This document shows positions 7,367 to 16,388 of a DNA stretch of 64,000 nucleotides, one piece after another (within the stretch, counting starts at the first letter, position 1; every line of letters starts with the position of its first letter). The position numbers and the translations under genes are program-made. The notes under the pieces were generated by a model, which saw only the letters and a list, made by a program, of their open reading frames with translations, ran no database searches and had not been told where the DNA came from. The stretch is from Burkholderiales bacterium (GTDB lineage: Bacteria; Pseudomonadota; Gammaproteobacteria; Burkholderiales; JAEUOS01). The stretch covers positions 732,224-796,223 of the forward strand of contig OZ257137.1 of NCBI GenBank assembly GCA_965279115.1, written 5' to 3'.

Positions 7367-9592
7367 ATGACAGACCCCGCATTCGGCGGCAAGATCGGCC
7401 GCACCCGCGAGGAATCCACCCCCTGGTGGCCGGAGCGCAAGGAGGCGCAGAAAGGCAGCCCGAACATCGTCATCGTGTTCATGGACGACATGGGCTGGTC
7501 CGACCCCGGCTGCTACGGATCCGAGATCGACACGCCGCATATCAACGCGCTGGCCGCGCGCGGCGTGCGGCTCACCCACTACACCACCCACGCGATCTGC
7601 TCGCCGGCGCGCGCGGCCTTGCTCACCGGCTGCAACGCGCACGGCGTGGGCACCGGCTGGCTGGCCAACAACCATCCGGGCTACCCCGGCTACTCCGGCG
7701 AGATCCCGCTGGAAGCCGCCACCCTGCCCGAGACCCTGCGCGCCGCCGGCTACGAAACCATCATGGTCGGCAAGTGGCACAACACGCCGGCAGCCGACAA
7801 CGTGCCCGGCGGCTCCAAACACAACTGGCCCTCGCAGCGTGGGTTCGACACCTACTACGGCTTCATGGATGGCGAGACCAACCATTTCTTCCCGGCCCGG
7901 CTGATGCTCGGCAACCAGGTGCTGCCGGTCGACGAGTATCCGCGCGACTACTACACCGGCGACGACTGGATGGACCAGGGCATACGCTTCGTGCGCGAGT
8001 TGCGCGAGAGCAGCCCGCACAAGCCCTTCTTCCTCTACGTGGCCAACAACGCCATGCACGCCCCGCTGCAAGCCAAGCCCTCGGACATGGCCAAGTACAA
8101 GGGCAGGTACGACGCCGGCTGGACCGCCGCCCGCCAGGCGCGCCACCAACGCCAGATCGAGATGGGCCTGATCCCGCCGGATACCAAACTGCCGGCCTCC
8201 GACCCGCGCGTGCCGCAATGGGATGCCACCGATCCGGAGAACCGCCCGCTCTATGCGCGCCACATGGAAGCCTTTGCCGGCATGCTCGACAACGCCGACC
8301 AGAATGTCGGCAAGCTGGTGGCCTTTCTGGAATCGATAGGCGAGCTCGACAACACCATCATCCTGTTCTCTTCCGACAATGGCGGCACCGACGCCGGCGG
8401 CGAACACGGCATGGTGCAGAACAACCGTCGCTATTCCGGCCTGCCCACCCAGCCGCTGGCCGACGAGCGGCGCATGCTGGCGCAACTGGGCGGCCCGCAG
8501 AGCATTTCGCTCTATCCCACCGCCTGGGGCGAGGTGTCGAACACGCCCTTCCCCAGCTTCAAGACCTACACCGGCGGCGGTGGACGGCGGGTGTCCTTCA
8601 TCGCCTCCTGGCCGGCGCGGCTCAAGGACCGCGGCAGTATCCGCCGGCAGTTCATGCATGTCACCGACGTGATGCCGACCCTGCTCGACATGGCGGGGGT
8701 AGCGCGGCTTGAGACCAGCCATGGCAAGCCGGCACGTCCGCTCGATGGCAAGAGTTGCGCGCAGATGCTGCTGGAGGACGCACCCTCGCCGCGCAGCGAG
8801 CAGTACTACGAATGCTGGTCCAACCGTGCCTACTACCGCGACGGCTGGCTGGCGCGCTCGCTGCAGATCCGTGACCGGCCGATCGACATGGACAACTGGA
8901 CCCTGCACAACCTTGCGGAGGACTTTTCCGAATCCACCGACATCGCCGCGCAACATCCGGACAAGCTCAAGGAACTCATCGAGGCCTTCGATGCGGCGGC
9001 TTGGATGTACTTTGTCTACCCGCTCGACAACCGCGGCCGGCCGGGCAAGTTCAGCGACGTGCCGGCCTGGGCGCGCGAGCGCGCCAACCATCCGCGCCGC
9101 TTCCTGCCCGGGTCGCAGACCGCGCACCGCAGCGACGTGTTTCCCCTGGTGGGCAACCGCTCGTTCCGCATCCGCACCCGTTTCGAACAGCGCGCCGGCG
9201 ACGAAGGCGTGCTGTGGTCGCTGGGCGACATCATCGCCGGCATGGTGATGTATGTCGAAGCCGACCGCCTGAACTTTCACTACAACGGCTTTTCCGAGCC
9301 CGCCAATTTTCCGCCGGTCAACCTCGCACCCGGCGCACATGAGGCGGTGATCGAGTACGAGGCGCTCGGCAAGCGGCGCGGCCGGGGACGCCTGCTTCTC
9401 GACGGCGCCGAATGCATTGGCTGGACCGAACTTTCGCCCACCCTCATGCTCGGCCCCTTCGAAGGCATGGACGTGGGCCTGGACCGGCGCGCGCCGGTGT
9501 TCTGGGAACTCTACGAAAGACATGGCGCCTACCGGTACAGCGGTGCCATCGAGGATGTGTGGATCGACCCGGGCGAGCGCGCCACGGCATGA
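7367..9592 (+). CDS. type I arylsulfatase, long form (741 aa), no signal peptide
   Basis: A GAGGAG RBS precedes the start. N-terminus MTDPAFGGKIGRTREESTPWWP. Contains FMDDMGW, CSPARAALLTGCNAH (Cys codon 7598-7600) and GKWHN. It is a paralogue of 2569-4866. Confidence 0.9.
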   Translation: MTDPAFGGKIGRTREESTPWWPERKEAQKGSPNIVIVFMDDMGWSDPGCYGSEIDTPHINALAARGVRLTHYTTHAICSPARAALLTGCNAHGVGTGWLANNHPGYPGYSGEIPLEAATLPETLRAAGYETIMVGKWHNTPAADNVPGGSKHNWPSQRGFDTYYGFMDGETNHFFPARLMLGNQVLPVDEYPRDYYTGDDWMDQGIRFVRELRESSPHKPFFLYVANNAMHAPLQAKPSDMAKYKGRYDAGWTAARQARHQRQIEMGLIPPDTKLPASDPRVPQWDATDPENRPLYARHMEAFAGMLDNADQNVGKLVAFLESIGELDNTIILFSSDNGGTDAGGEHGMVQNNRRYSGLPTQPLADERRMLAQLGGPQSISLYPTAWGEVSNTPFPSFKTYTGGGGRRVSFIASWPARLKDRGSIRRQFMHVTDVMPTLLDMAGVARLETSHGKPARPLDGKSCAQMLLEDAPSPRSEQYYECWSNRAYYRDGWLARSLQIRDRPIDMDNWTLHNLAEDFSESTDIAAQHPDKLKELIEAFDAAAWMYFVYPLDNRGRPGKFSDVPAWARERANHPRRFLPGSQTAHRSDVFPLVGNRSFRIRTRFEQRAGDEGVLWSLGDIIAGMVMYVEADRLNFHYNGFSEPANFPPVNLAPGAHEAVIEYEALGKRRGRGRLLLDGAECIGWTELSPTLMLGPFEGMDVGLDRRAPVFWELYERHGAYRYSGAIEDVWIDPGERATA

Positions 9593-9605
9593 AAAGGAGC
9601 AGGCC

Positions 9606-10592
9606 ATGAATCAGCGACGCAGGGTTCTGGCGGGCGGTGCGGCGGCGACATGGCTGGCGCTCGGGTTGCCGCGTCACGCCATGGCGCAGGGCGCCGGCTA
9701 CCCCAATCGGCCGATCCGCATCGTCGTGCCCTTTCCGCCCGGCATTCCGCTCGACGTGATCCTGCGCGTGGTCGGACAGCGCCTTTCGACCAGCCTGGGC
9801 CAGCCGGTGGTGATCGAAAACAAACCCGGTGCAGGTGGCAATATCGGCACCGAGTTCGCGGCGCGCGCGCCGGCCGACGGCTACACTCTCCTGGGCACCA
9901 CCAGCGGCTTCGTGGCCAACCCCAGCCTTTTCAGCAAGGTCAGCTACGACCCGCAGAAGGATTTTGTTCCCGTCACCGGGCTGATCCGCACCCCGGCCGT
10001 GCTGGTGGTGGCGACGGACTCGCCGATCCGGTCCATCGACGAGCTCATCGCGCGCGCCAGGGCCAAGCCCGGAGGCCTGTCGTTCGCCTCGGGAGGCAAC
10101 GGGTCACTGGCGCATTTCTGCGGCGAATTGTTCAAGGCGGCCGCCGGCATCGAGGCGCTGCACACCCCCTACAAGGCGGCGCCCGACATCCTCAATTCGC
10201 TGTTGTCGAAACAGACCGACTATGCGTTCCCGGTGTTCGCCACCGCGCTCACCCACATCAAGGCGGGCAAGTTCCGCGCGCTCGCCGTCACTTCGCAGAA
10301 GCGCATGGCGCAGCTGCCAGACGCGCCGACCGTGCTCGAGGTGATGAAGGGCGGCTTCGACCTGGAATCCGAGAACGGCCTGGTGGTCGCGGCCGGCACA
10401 CCGCCCGACATCGTCGCTCGCCTGAACGCGGAGGTTGTGAAGATCCTGCGCGATCCGGCCGTGGCCGAGCCGATGGTCAACGCCGGCTTCGAGATGGTCG
10501 GCAGCACGGCGGCGGAATTCGGCGCGCGCATCGCCAAGGACGTGGCCCGGTATGCGGATATCGTCAAGCGCTCGGGCGCGAAGGTCGACTGA
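9606..10592 (+). CDS. Bug/TctC-family periplasmic solute-binding protein
   Basis: ATG 9606 gives MNQRRRVLAGGAAATWLALGLPRHAMAQGAGYPNRPIRIVVPFPPGIPLDVILR, then VVIENKPGAGGNIG and APADGYT. The N-region is Arg-rich (RRR). Confidence 0.9.
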   Translation: MNQRRRVLAGGAAATWLALGLPRHAMAQGAGYPNRPIRIVVPFPPGIPLDVILRVVGQRLSTSLGQPVVIENKPGAGGNIGTEFAARAPADGYTLLGTTSGFVANPSLFSKVSYDPQKDFVPVTGLIRTPAVLVVATDSPIRSIDELIARARAKPGGLSFASGGNGSLAHFCGELFKAAAGIEALHTPYKAAPDILNSLLSKQTDYAFPVFATALTHIKAGKFRALAVTSQKRMAQLPDAPTVLEVMKGGFDLESENGLVVAAGTPPDIVARLNAEVVKILRDPAVAEPMVNAGFEMVGSTAAEFGARIAKDVARYADIVKRSGAKVD

Positions 10593-10613
10593 ACTCTCCC
10601 AGGGAGAAGGCAC

Positions 10614-11591
10614 ATGGGCATCGCACGCATTCGTCTGTTTCTGGCCGCGGCATGTTTTTTCAACTGCGTGAGCGGGATGGCGCAATCTTCCGGCGACTAC
10701 CCCAACCGGGCGGTGCGCATGATCGTGCCGCAGGCCGCCGGCGGCGGGCTCGACGCTTCCACCCGGGTGATCGCCACCCGCCTGACCGAAAACCTCGGCC
10801 AGAGCATCGTCATCGAAAACCGCCCCAGCGCCGGCGGCATCGCCGGCATGGAAGCGGTGGCCAAGGCGGCACCCGACGGATATACGGTGCTGATGGCCTC
10901 GGCCACGGTGGCGCTCAACAACGCGCTGGGCATGAAGCTGCCCTACGACCTGGAGCGCGATTTCGCGCCGGTCTCGCTCGGGGTCTCGATCCCGATGCTG
11001 TTCGTCGCGCACCCGGCCAGCGCGTACAGGTCGCTCCGGGATGTGGTCGAAGATTCAAAGCGCCAAAGTGGCGGTGTGGCCGTCGCCATCGCCTCCATCG
11101 GCACGCTGCCGCACCTGCTCTCGGAGATGATGCGTTTCAAGACCGGCGCCAACCTGAACCTGATCTTTTACAAGGGCGCGGCGCCGGCCTCGCTTGACGT
11201 GCTGTCCGGCCAGATCCCGTTTTTCATCGATGCGATCAGCCCGGTGGGCACGCATGTGGCCGCCGGCAAGTTGCGCGCGCTGGCGCTGGCTGCGAAAGCC
11301 CGCTCGCCGCTTTTTCCCGATGTGCCGACGGTGGCCGAGCAAGGCATGCCGGACCTGGTCGGTGCCGCGTTCTACGGGCTGCTGGTCCCGGCCCGCACCC
11401 CGCCTGCGATCCAGCGGCGCCTGCACCAGGCGATGGTCGCCGCGCTCGCCCACCCCGAAGTGCGCGAACGGCTCCTGAAACAGGGCTACGAGATCCACGC
11501 CTCTACCGGCGAGGAGTACGCTGCGTACATGAAAAACGAGATCGGCCGCTGGTCGCCCGTGGTCAAGGCGGCGGGGATCAAGGCCGAGTAA
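10614..11591 (+). CDS. Bug/TctC-family periplasmic solute-binding protein
   Basis: Signal peptide MGIARIRLFLAAACFFNCVSGMAQS, then YPNRAVRMIVPQAAGGGLDASTR, IVIENRPSAGG and APDGYT. Confidence 0.9.
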   Translation: MGIARIRLFLAAACFFNCVSGMAQSSGDYPNRAVRMIVPQAAGGGLDASTRVIATRLTENLGQSIVIENRPSAGGIAGMEAVAKAAPDGYTVLMASATVALNNALGMKLPYDLERDFAPVSLGVSIPMLFVAHPASAYRSLRDVVEDSKRQSGGVAVAIASIGTLPHLLSEMMRFKTGANLNLIFYKGAAPASLDVLSGQIPFFIDAISPVGTHVAAGKLRALALAAKARSPLFPDVPTVAEQGMPDLVGAAFYGLLVPARTPPAIQRRLHQAMVAALAHPEVRERLLKQGYEIHASTGEEYAAYMKNEIGRWSPVVKAAGIKAE

Positions 11592-11617
11592 TCCGGTTGC
11601 GTAGAGGAGGGCGGGAC

Positions 11618-12622
11618 ATGAAAATGCAGCCAATTCGAGCCGCCGCGCGGCGCCTCGCGCTGTGGATGGCCGGCCTGCTGGCAGCGGCGCTGCCGCACAT
11701 CGCACCCGCGCAGGGCGGCGGCGCATGGCCGGCGCGGCCGATCCGCGTGATCGTCTCGTATGCGCCGGGCGGTGTCACCGACATCATCGCGCGCGCGGTG
11801 GCGCAACCCATGGGCGAGGCGCTGGGACAATCGGTCGTGGTGGAAAACCGGCCGGGTGCCGCCGGCGTGATCGGCACCGAACTGGTGGCCGCCGCGCCGC
11901 CCGACGGCCATACGCTGCTGATGTTCGTCGACGGCAACGCGATGATGCCCTCGGCGATTCGCAACCTGAAGCACGACCCGGTGAAAAGCTTCGCCCACAT
12001 CAGCCTGCTCGGACGCGGCTCGCTGGTATTGGTGGCCCATCCTTCGCTGCCGGTGGCGAACCTGCAGGATGTGATCCGCTACGGCCGTGCCAACCCCACC
12101 GCATTATCGTTCGCAACACCCGGAAAAAGCGGCCCGCAACATCTCGCCTTCGAAAGCATCAAGGCAAGCGCCGGTTTTTCCGCCGAGCACATTCCCTACA
12201 AGGGCGGCGGCCAGGCGATCGTCGACGTGGTGGCCGGGCAGGTCAAGCTTGGCATGCTGGGCATGGCGCCCGCGCTGCCGCATGTGAAAACCGGCAAGCT
12301 CAAGGCACTGGTGGTTACCAGCCGCGAGCGTTCGCGCCTGCTGCCGGAGGTGCCGACGGTGGCCGAATCCGGCATTCCCGGCTTCGAGATGGCGCAGTGG
12401 CAGGGCATGGTCGCACCCGCCGGCACCCCGCCGGAGATCCTTGCCCGGCTGCATGCGGAGCTGGTCAAGGCCATGCGCACTCCGGCGGTGATGGAACGAC
12501 TGGCCGCCATCGGCATGGACAATGCCACCAGCAGCAGCCCGGAAGACTTCACCCAGATGGTGCAGGTCGAGACCCGGCGCTTTCCCGAACTGTTCCGCAT
12601 TGCAGGCATCCAACCGGAGTGA
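11618..12622 (+). CDS. Bug/TctC-family periplasmic solute-binding protein
   Basis: ATG 11618 follows a GAGGAGG RBS; the track begins at TTG 11597. Contains WPARPIRVIVSYAPGGVTDIIAR, VVVENRPGAAG and PPDGHT. Confidence 0.85.
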   Translation: MKMQPIRAAARRLALWMAGLLAAALPHIAPAQGGGAWPARPIRVIVSYAPGGVTDIIARAVAQPMGEALGQSVVVENRPGAAGVIGTELVAAAPPDGHTLLMFVDGNAMMPSAIRNLKHDPVKSFAHISLLGRGSLVLVAHPSLPVANLQDVIRYGRANPTALSFATPGKSGPQHLAFESIKASAGFSAEHIPYKGGGQAIVDVVAGQVKLGMLGMAPALPHVKTGKLKALVVTSRERSRLLPEVPTVAESGIPGFEMAQWQGMVAPAGTPPEILARLHAELVKAMRTPAVMERLAAIGMDNATSSSPEDFTQMVQVETRRFPELFRIAGIQPE

Positions 12623-12626
12623 AACC

Positions 12627-14156
12627 ATGGGCAAAAAAACCAACATCCTGTTCATCACCTCCGACCAGCAGCGCGCCGACTGCTATGGCTTTGAAGGACG
12701 GCGGGTGAAGACCCCGCACCTCGACGAAATGGCACGCAACGGCACCCGCTTCTCGGCGGCCATCACGCCCAACCTGGTGTGCCAGCCCTCGCGCGCCTCC
12801 ATCCTCACCGGGCTGCTCCCGCTTACCCACGGCGTATCCGACAACGGCATCGACCTGCCGCCCGCGACAGGCGAAGCGGGCTACGGCGGCACCTTGTCCA
12901 AGGCCGGCTACGCCACCGCGCTGATCGGCAAGGCGCACTTCAGTACCTCGAACTGCTTCGAGCCCACCGGCACGCCGGAATGCACGGTGAGCTGCGCCAA
13001 CTATCCGGCCGACTGGCACGGCCCCTACATGGGGCTTGATCATGTGGAGATGATGCTCGAAGGGCACAACATGTTCCCGCCGATGAAGCCGCCGCTGGGC
13101 CACGCCTACGAGCGCTGGTACCACGCCGACGGCCGCGGCGAAGAGCGCACCGCCCTGTACCGCAAACGCCTGCCGCCGATCAGCGACGCCCACGAAACCT
13201 TCAACTCGGGCCTGCCGGTGGCCTGGCACAACTCCACCTGGATAGGCAATCGCACCATCGACTACCTGCGCGAGCATCGCGACGGCCCGTTCTGCCTGTG
13301 GGCCTCCTTTCCCGACCCGCACCACCCGTTCGATGCGCCCGACCCGTGGTGCTACATGCACTCTCCCGACGAGGTCGAGTTGCCGGTGCACGGCGCGATG
13401 GACCTCGAGCGCCGCCCGTGGTGGCATCGCGCCGCGCTCGAAGGCGTGCCGAAGATGGCCAACGAGCGCCTGCGCGCCTTCCGCGAGAAGTCCTCGCGCA
13501 CGCCGAAGCAGAGCGAGGCGCAGATGCGCGCGTTGATCGCCAACTACTACGGCATGATCTCCCTGATCGACCATCAGGTCGGGCGCATCCGCATCGCCTT
13601 GAACGACCTGGGCCTGGCCGAGAACACCCTGATCGTGTATTCCACCGACCATGGCGACTGGCTGGGTGACCACGGCCTGCTGCTCAAGGGGCCGATGGCA
13701 TACGAAGGCCTGCTGCGCGTCGGCATGCTTTTCGAAGGGCCGGGCGTGCCAAAGGGCAAGGTGGTGGCCGACCCGGTATCGACCCTCGACCTGCCGGCCA
13801 CTTTCTGTGACTACGCTGGCGTCTCCCTGCCCGGCAAGGTACACAGCCGTTCCCTCAAGCCGCTGATCGAAACCGACACCGCCACACGCGATTTCGCACT
13901 CTCCGAATGGGACCTGCGCGCCTCGCGCTGCGGCGTCGACTTGGCGCTGCGCACGGTGCGCACCAAAACCCGCAAGCTCACACTGGAGAAGAACAGCGGC
14001 GCCGGCGAACTCTATGACCTGGCCGAAGACCCGCACGAGATGGACAACCGCTTCGGCGACCCCGCCTATGCCAAGGTGCAACGCGAATTGATGGACATGA
14101 TCGCCAGCCGGCCGGACGACGCCTGCGCGCCATTGCCGCAGATCGGCATGGCTTGA
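12627..14156 (+). CDS. type I sulfatase, short form (509 aa), no signal peptide
   Basis: Starts MGKKTNILFITSDQQRAD. Formylglycine motif CQPSRASILTG (Cys codon 12780-12782), plus STDHGDWLGDHG and YDLAEDPHEMDN. It begins 4 nt after the preceding Bug stop and is a paralogue of 5872-7347. Confidence 0.9.
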   Translation: MGKKTNILFITSDQQRADCYGFEGRRVKTPHLDEMARNGTRFSAAITPNLVCQPSRASILTGLLPLTHGVSDNGIDLPPATGEAGYGGTLSKAGYATALIGKAHFSTSNCFEPTGTPECTVSCANYPADWHGPYMGLDHVEMMLEGHNMFPPMKPPLGHAYERWYHADGRGEERTALYRKRLPPISDAHETFNSGLPVAWHNSTWIGNRTIDYLREHRDGPFCLWASFPDPHHPFDAPDPWCYMHSPDEVELPVHGAMDLERRPWWHRAALEGVPKMANERLRAFREKSSRTPKQSEAQMRALIANYYGMISLIDHQVGRIRIALNDLGLAENTLIVYSTDHGDWLGDHGLLLKGPMAYEGLLRVGMLFEGPGVPKGKVVADPVSTLDLPATFCDYAGVSLPGKVHSRSLKPLIETDTATRDFALSEWDLRASRCGVDLALRTVRTKTRKLTLEKNSGAGELYDLAEDPHEMDNRFGDPAYAKVQRELMDMIASRPDDACAPLPQIGMA

Positions 14157-14184
14157 GCGGCTGGCGCGCAGCGCTGCAACGGCC

Positions 14185-15348
14185 ATGAAGATCGCCGACA
14201 TCGCCTACCGGGTTCTGCACGTAAGCGCCAAGACCAACTGGTCCTTCGTTGAACTGCGCACCGCTGACGGGCTCACCGGCTGGGGCGAATGCTCCCTCAA
14301 CGGCTGGGAGCCCTTGCAGCGCGAATATGCAAACAGCTGGTGGCCAGGCTTGATCGGCGCCGCGGTTGGCGACCTGGCCGCCACCCAGGCAATATGCGCG
14401 ATTCACCAGCACTCACCCGGCGGCCTGGTCGCGCATTCGATCAGGAGCGCGACCGAGCAGGCCTTGCTGGACGCGCTCGCGCAGGCGCGCGGGGTGCCCC
14501 TGTGGAAACTGCTGGGTCCCGCACTGCGCGACGCCGTCGAGGTATACGCCAACATCAACCGGGCCACCCAGCCGCGCACGCCGCAGGGTTTCGCCGCCAG
14601 CGCGCGGTTTGCGGTGGCGCAGGGATACCGGGCGATCAAGCTCGCCCCCTTCGATGGCGTGTTGCCGGCGAACGCCGAGACGGCTGACGGCGCGCGACTG
14701 ATCGCCGCCGCGCACGAGCGCATCCGCGCGGTGCGCGAGGCCGTTGGCGAGGGCGTGCGCGTGATGGTCGATTGCCACTGGCGGCTGACCCCGCGCACCG
14801 CGCGCGAAACGCTAGCCGCCTTGCGCGAGGTCAGGCTGCACTGGCTGGAATGCCCGATTTCCGAGCGCGGCTCGCAGCACGACGAGATTCTGGCCTTGCG
14901 TCGCATCGCCAACTCACAGGACGTGCGCCTGGCCGGCGCGGAAAAGGAGACCGAGGTGGAAGGCTTCCTCCCCTATCTTGAACGCGGCCTGTACGACACC
15001 ATCATGCCGGATGTGAAGTATTGCGGCGGTGTTGGCGCCCTGCTGCGCATAGCGCAGCTTGCCGAACGCCACGGTGTGCAGACCGCGCCGCACAATCCCA
15101 CCGGCCCGATTTGCAACTACGCCAGCGTGCATGCCTGCATGGTCGGCGCCGGCTGCGATTTCCTCGAACTGCAGGTAGGCGAGAGCGGCCTGTTCACCGA
15201 GGCAGTTGACGGGCGCTATCCGGAGTTCGTGGACGGGCACTTCAGGCAGCCGCAACAGGCGGGGATGGGCGCAGCGCTCAACCCGCAAGTGCTGGATGCA
15301 CATCCGTTCGCGGCGGTGAGCTTCGGGCTCGACCCGGCGCTGGGGTGA
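14185..15348 (+). CDS. enolase-superfamily enzyme (mandelate racemase/muconate lactonizing family; probable acid-sugar dehydratase)
   Basis: N-terminal capping domain (WSFVELRTADGLTGWGEC). Barrel motifs VMVDCHWRL, WLECPI, LAGAEKE, IMPDVKYCGGV and APHNPTGPI match the Asp/Glu/Glu metal ligands and catalytic His of this family. Confidence 0.85.
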   Translation: MKIADIAYRVLHVSAKTNWSFVELRTADGLTGWGECSLNGWEPLQREYANSWWPGLIGAAVGDLAATQAICAIHQHSPGGLVAHSIRSATEQALLDALAQARGVPLWKLLGPALRDAVEVYANINRATQPRTPQGFAASARFAVAQGYRAIKLAPFDGVLPANAETADGARLIAAAHERIRAVREAVGEGVRVMVDCHWRLTPRTARETLAALREVRLHWLECPISERGSQHDEILALRRIANSQDVRLAGAEKETEVEGFLPYLERGLYDTIMPDVKYCGGVGALLRIAQLAERHGVQTAPHNPTGPICNYASVHACMVGAGCDFLELQVGESGLFTEAVDGRYPEFVDGHFRQPQQAGMGAALNPQVLDAHPFAAVSFGLDPALG

Positions 15349-16388
15349 CGAGGCGGCCGGATCCCATGCAAACCCCACTTCCGGGAGACCCTCACGTGAC
15401 AATCGACTTGTCCTGCGCGGACCGCAAGCGGCGCAGGCTTTTGCTGGCCGCGACTGCGGCCGCACTCGCCCCGCGCGTAGCGCCGGCGCAGGAATATCCC
15501 TCGAAAACCATCCGCATCGTTTCGCCCTTCTCGCCCGGCGCGACCTCCGACCTGGTCGCCCGCGCGCTCGGTCCCGCCCTCGCCGCCGCCTGGGGTGTGG
15601 GCGTAGTGGCCGAGAACAAGCCCGGTGGCGGCAGCGTGGTGGGTGCGGACCTGGTCGCCAAGAGCGCACCAGATGGCCACACCTTGTTGGTGGCCGCCGC
15701 GGCCATCGGCGTAATCCCGGCGCTGCTGCCCAGGCTGCCCTTCGTGCCCTACAAGGACCTCTTGCCCATCACATTGGTGGGCACCGTGCCCTTCATGATG
15801 CTGGTGCACCCGTCAGTCCCGGCCAAAACCGTGCAGGAGTTCGTCGCTTACGCCAAGGCCAATCCCGGCAAGCTCAATTTCAGCTCCGGCGGCAATGGCA
15901 CCATCCCGCACATGGGCGGCGAGTTGCTGAAACTGCGCGCCGGCCTCGATATGACCCACGTGCCGTTCAAGGGCGGTGCCGATTCGCTGACAGCACTGCT
16001 TGGCGGCCAGGTGCAGATGACCATCGACGGCGGGCCGCACGTGATCGGCCACATCCGCTCGGGCGCGCTGCGCATGCTGGGCGTCGCGACCCTGCAGCGC
16101 CTGGCGGAATTTCCGAACACGCCCACCATCGCCGAATCCGGTTTCCCGAGTTTCGAAAGCAACGCCTGGCAATCCCTGTGGGTGACCGGCGGCACACCGG
16201 CACCGGTGGTGAAGAAGATCTCAACGGAGGTCATGCGCATCCTGCGCATGCCCGAGATGGTCGAGCGCCTGCGCGCCATGGGCGTGACAACGATCGGCGG
16301 CACGCCGGAAGAGGCGGAGACCTTCATCCGCGCCGAAACCACCAAATGGGGCGCTGTGATCAAGGCATCAGGAGCCAAGGCGGAATGA
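15345..16388 (+). CDS. Bug/TctC-family periplasmic solute-binding protein
   Basis: GTG 15345 overlaps the preceding TGA (GTGA). Alternative starts are ATG 15366 and GTG 15396. Contains DRKRRRLLLAATAAALAPRVAPAQEYPSKTIRIVSPFSPGATSDLVAR, ENKPGGG and APDGHT. Confidence 0.85.
   Translation: MTRRPDPMQTPLPGDPHVTIDLSCADRKRRRLLLAATAAALAPRVAPAQEYPSKTIRIVSPFSPGATSDLVARALGPALAAAWGVGVVAENKPGGGSVVGADLVAKSAPDGHTLLVAAAAIGVIPALLPRLPFVPYKDLLPITLVGTVPFMMLVHPSVPAKTVQEFVAYAKANPGKLNFSSGGNGTIPHMGGELLKLRAGLDMTHVPFKGGADSLTALLGGQVQMTIDGGPHVIGHIRSGALRMLGVATLQRLAEFPNTPTIAESGFPSFESNAWQSLWVTGGTPAPVVKKISTEVMRILRMPEMVERLRAMGVTTIGGTPEEAETFIRAETTKWGAVIKASGAKAE

Noticed and set aside
7265-9607. 780-aa minus-strand ORF antisense to the 741-aa sulfatase. 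Similar antisense ORFs occur at 3454-4920, 5842-7491, 12549-14201, 15848-17281, 17405-19174, 55736-57274 and elsewhere.
   Set aside because: The reasoning is the same. Each fully overlaps a well-supported gene on the other strand, and the translations have no recognisable domains and are rich in Arg, Gly and Ala.
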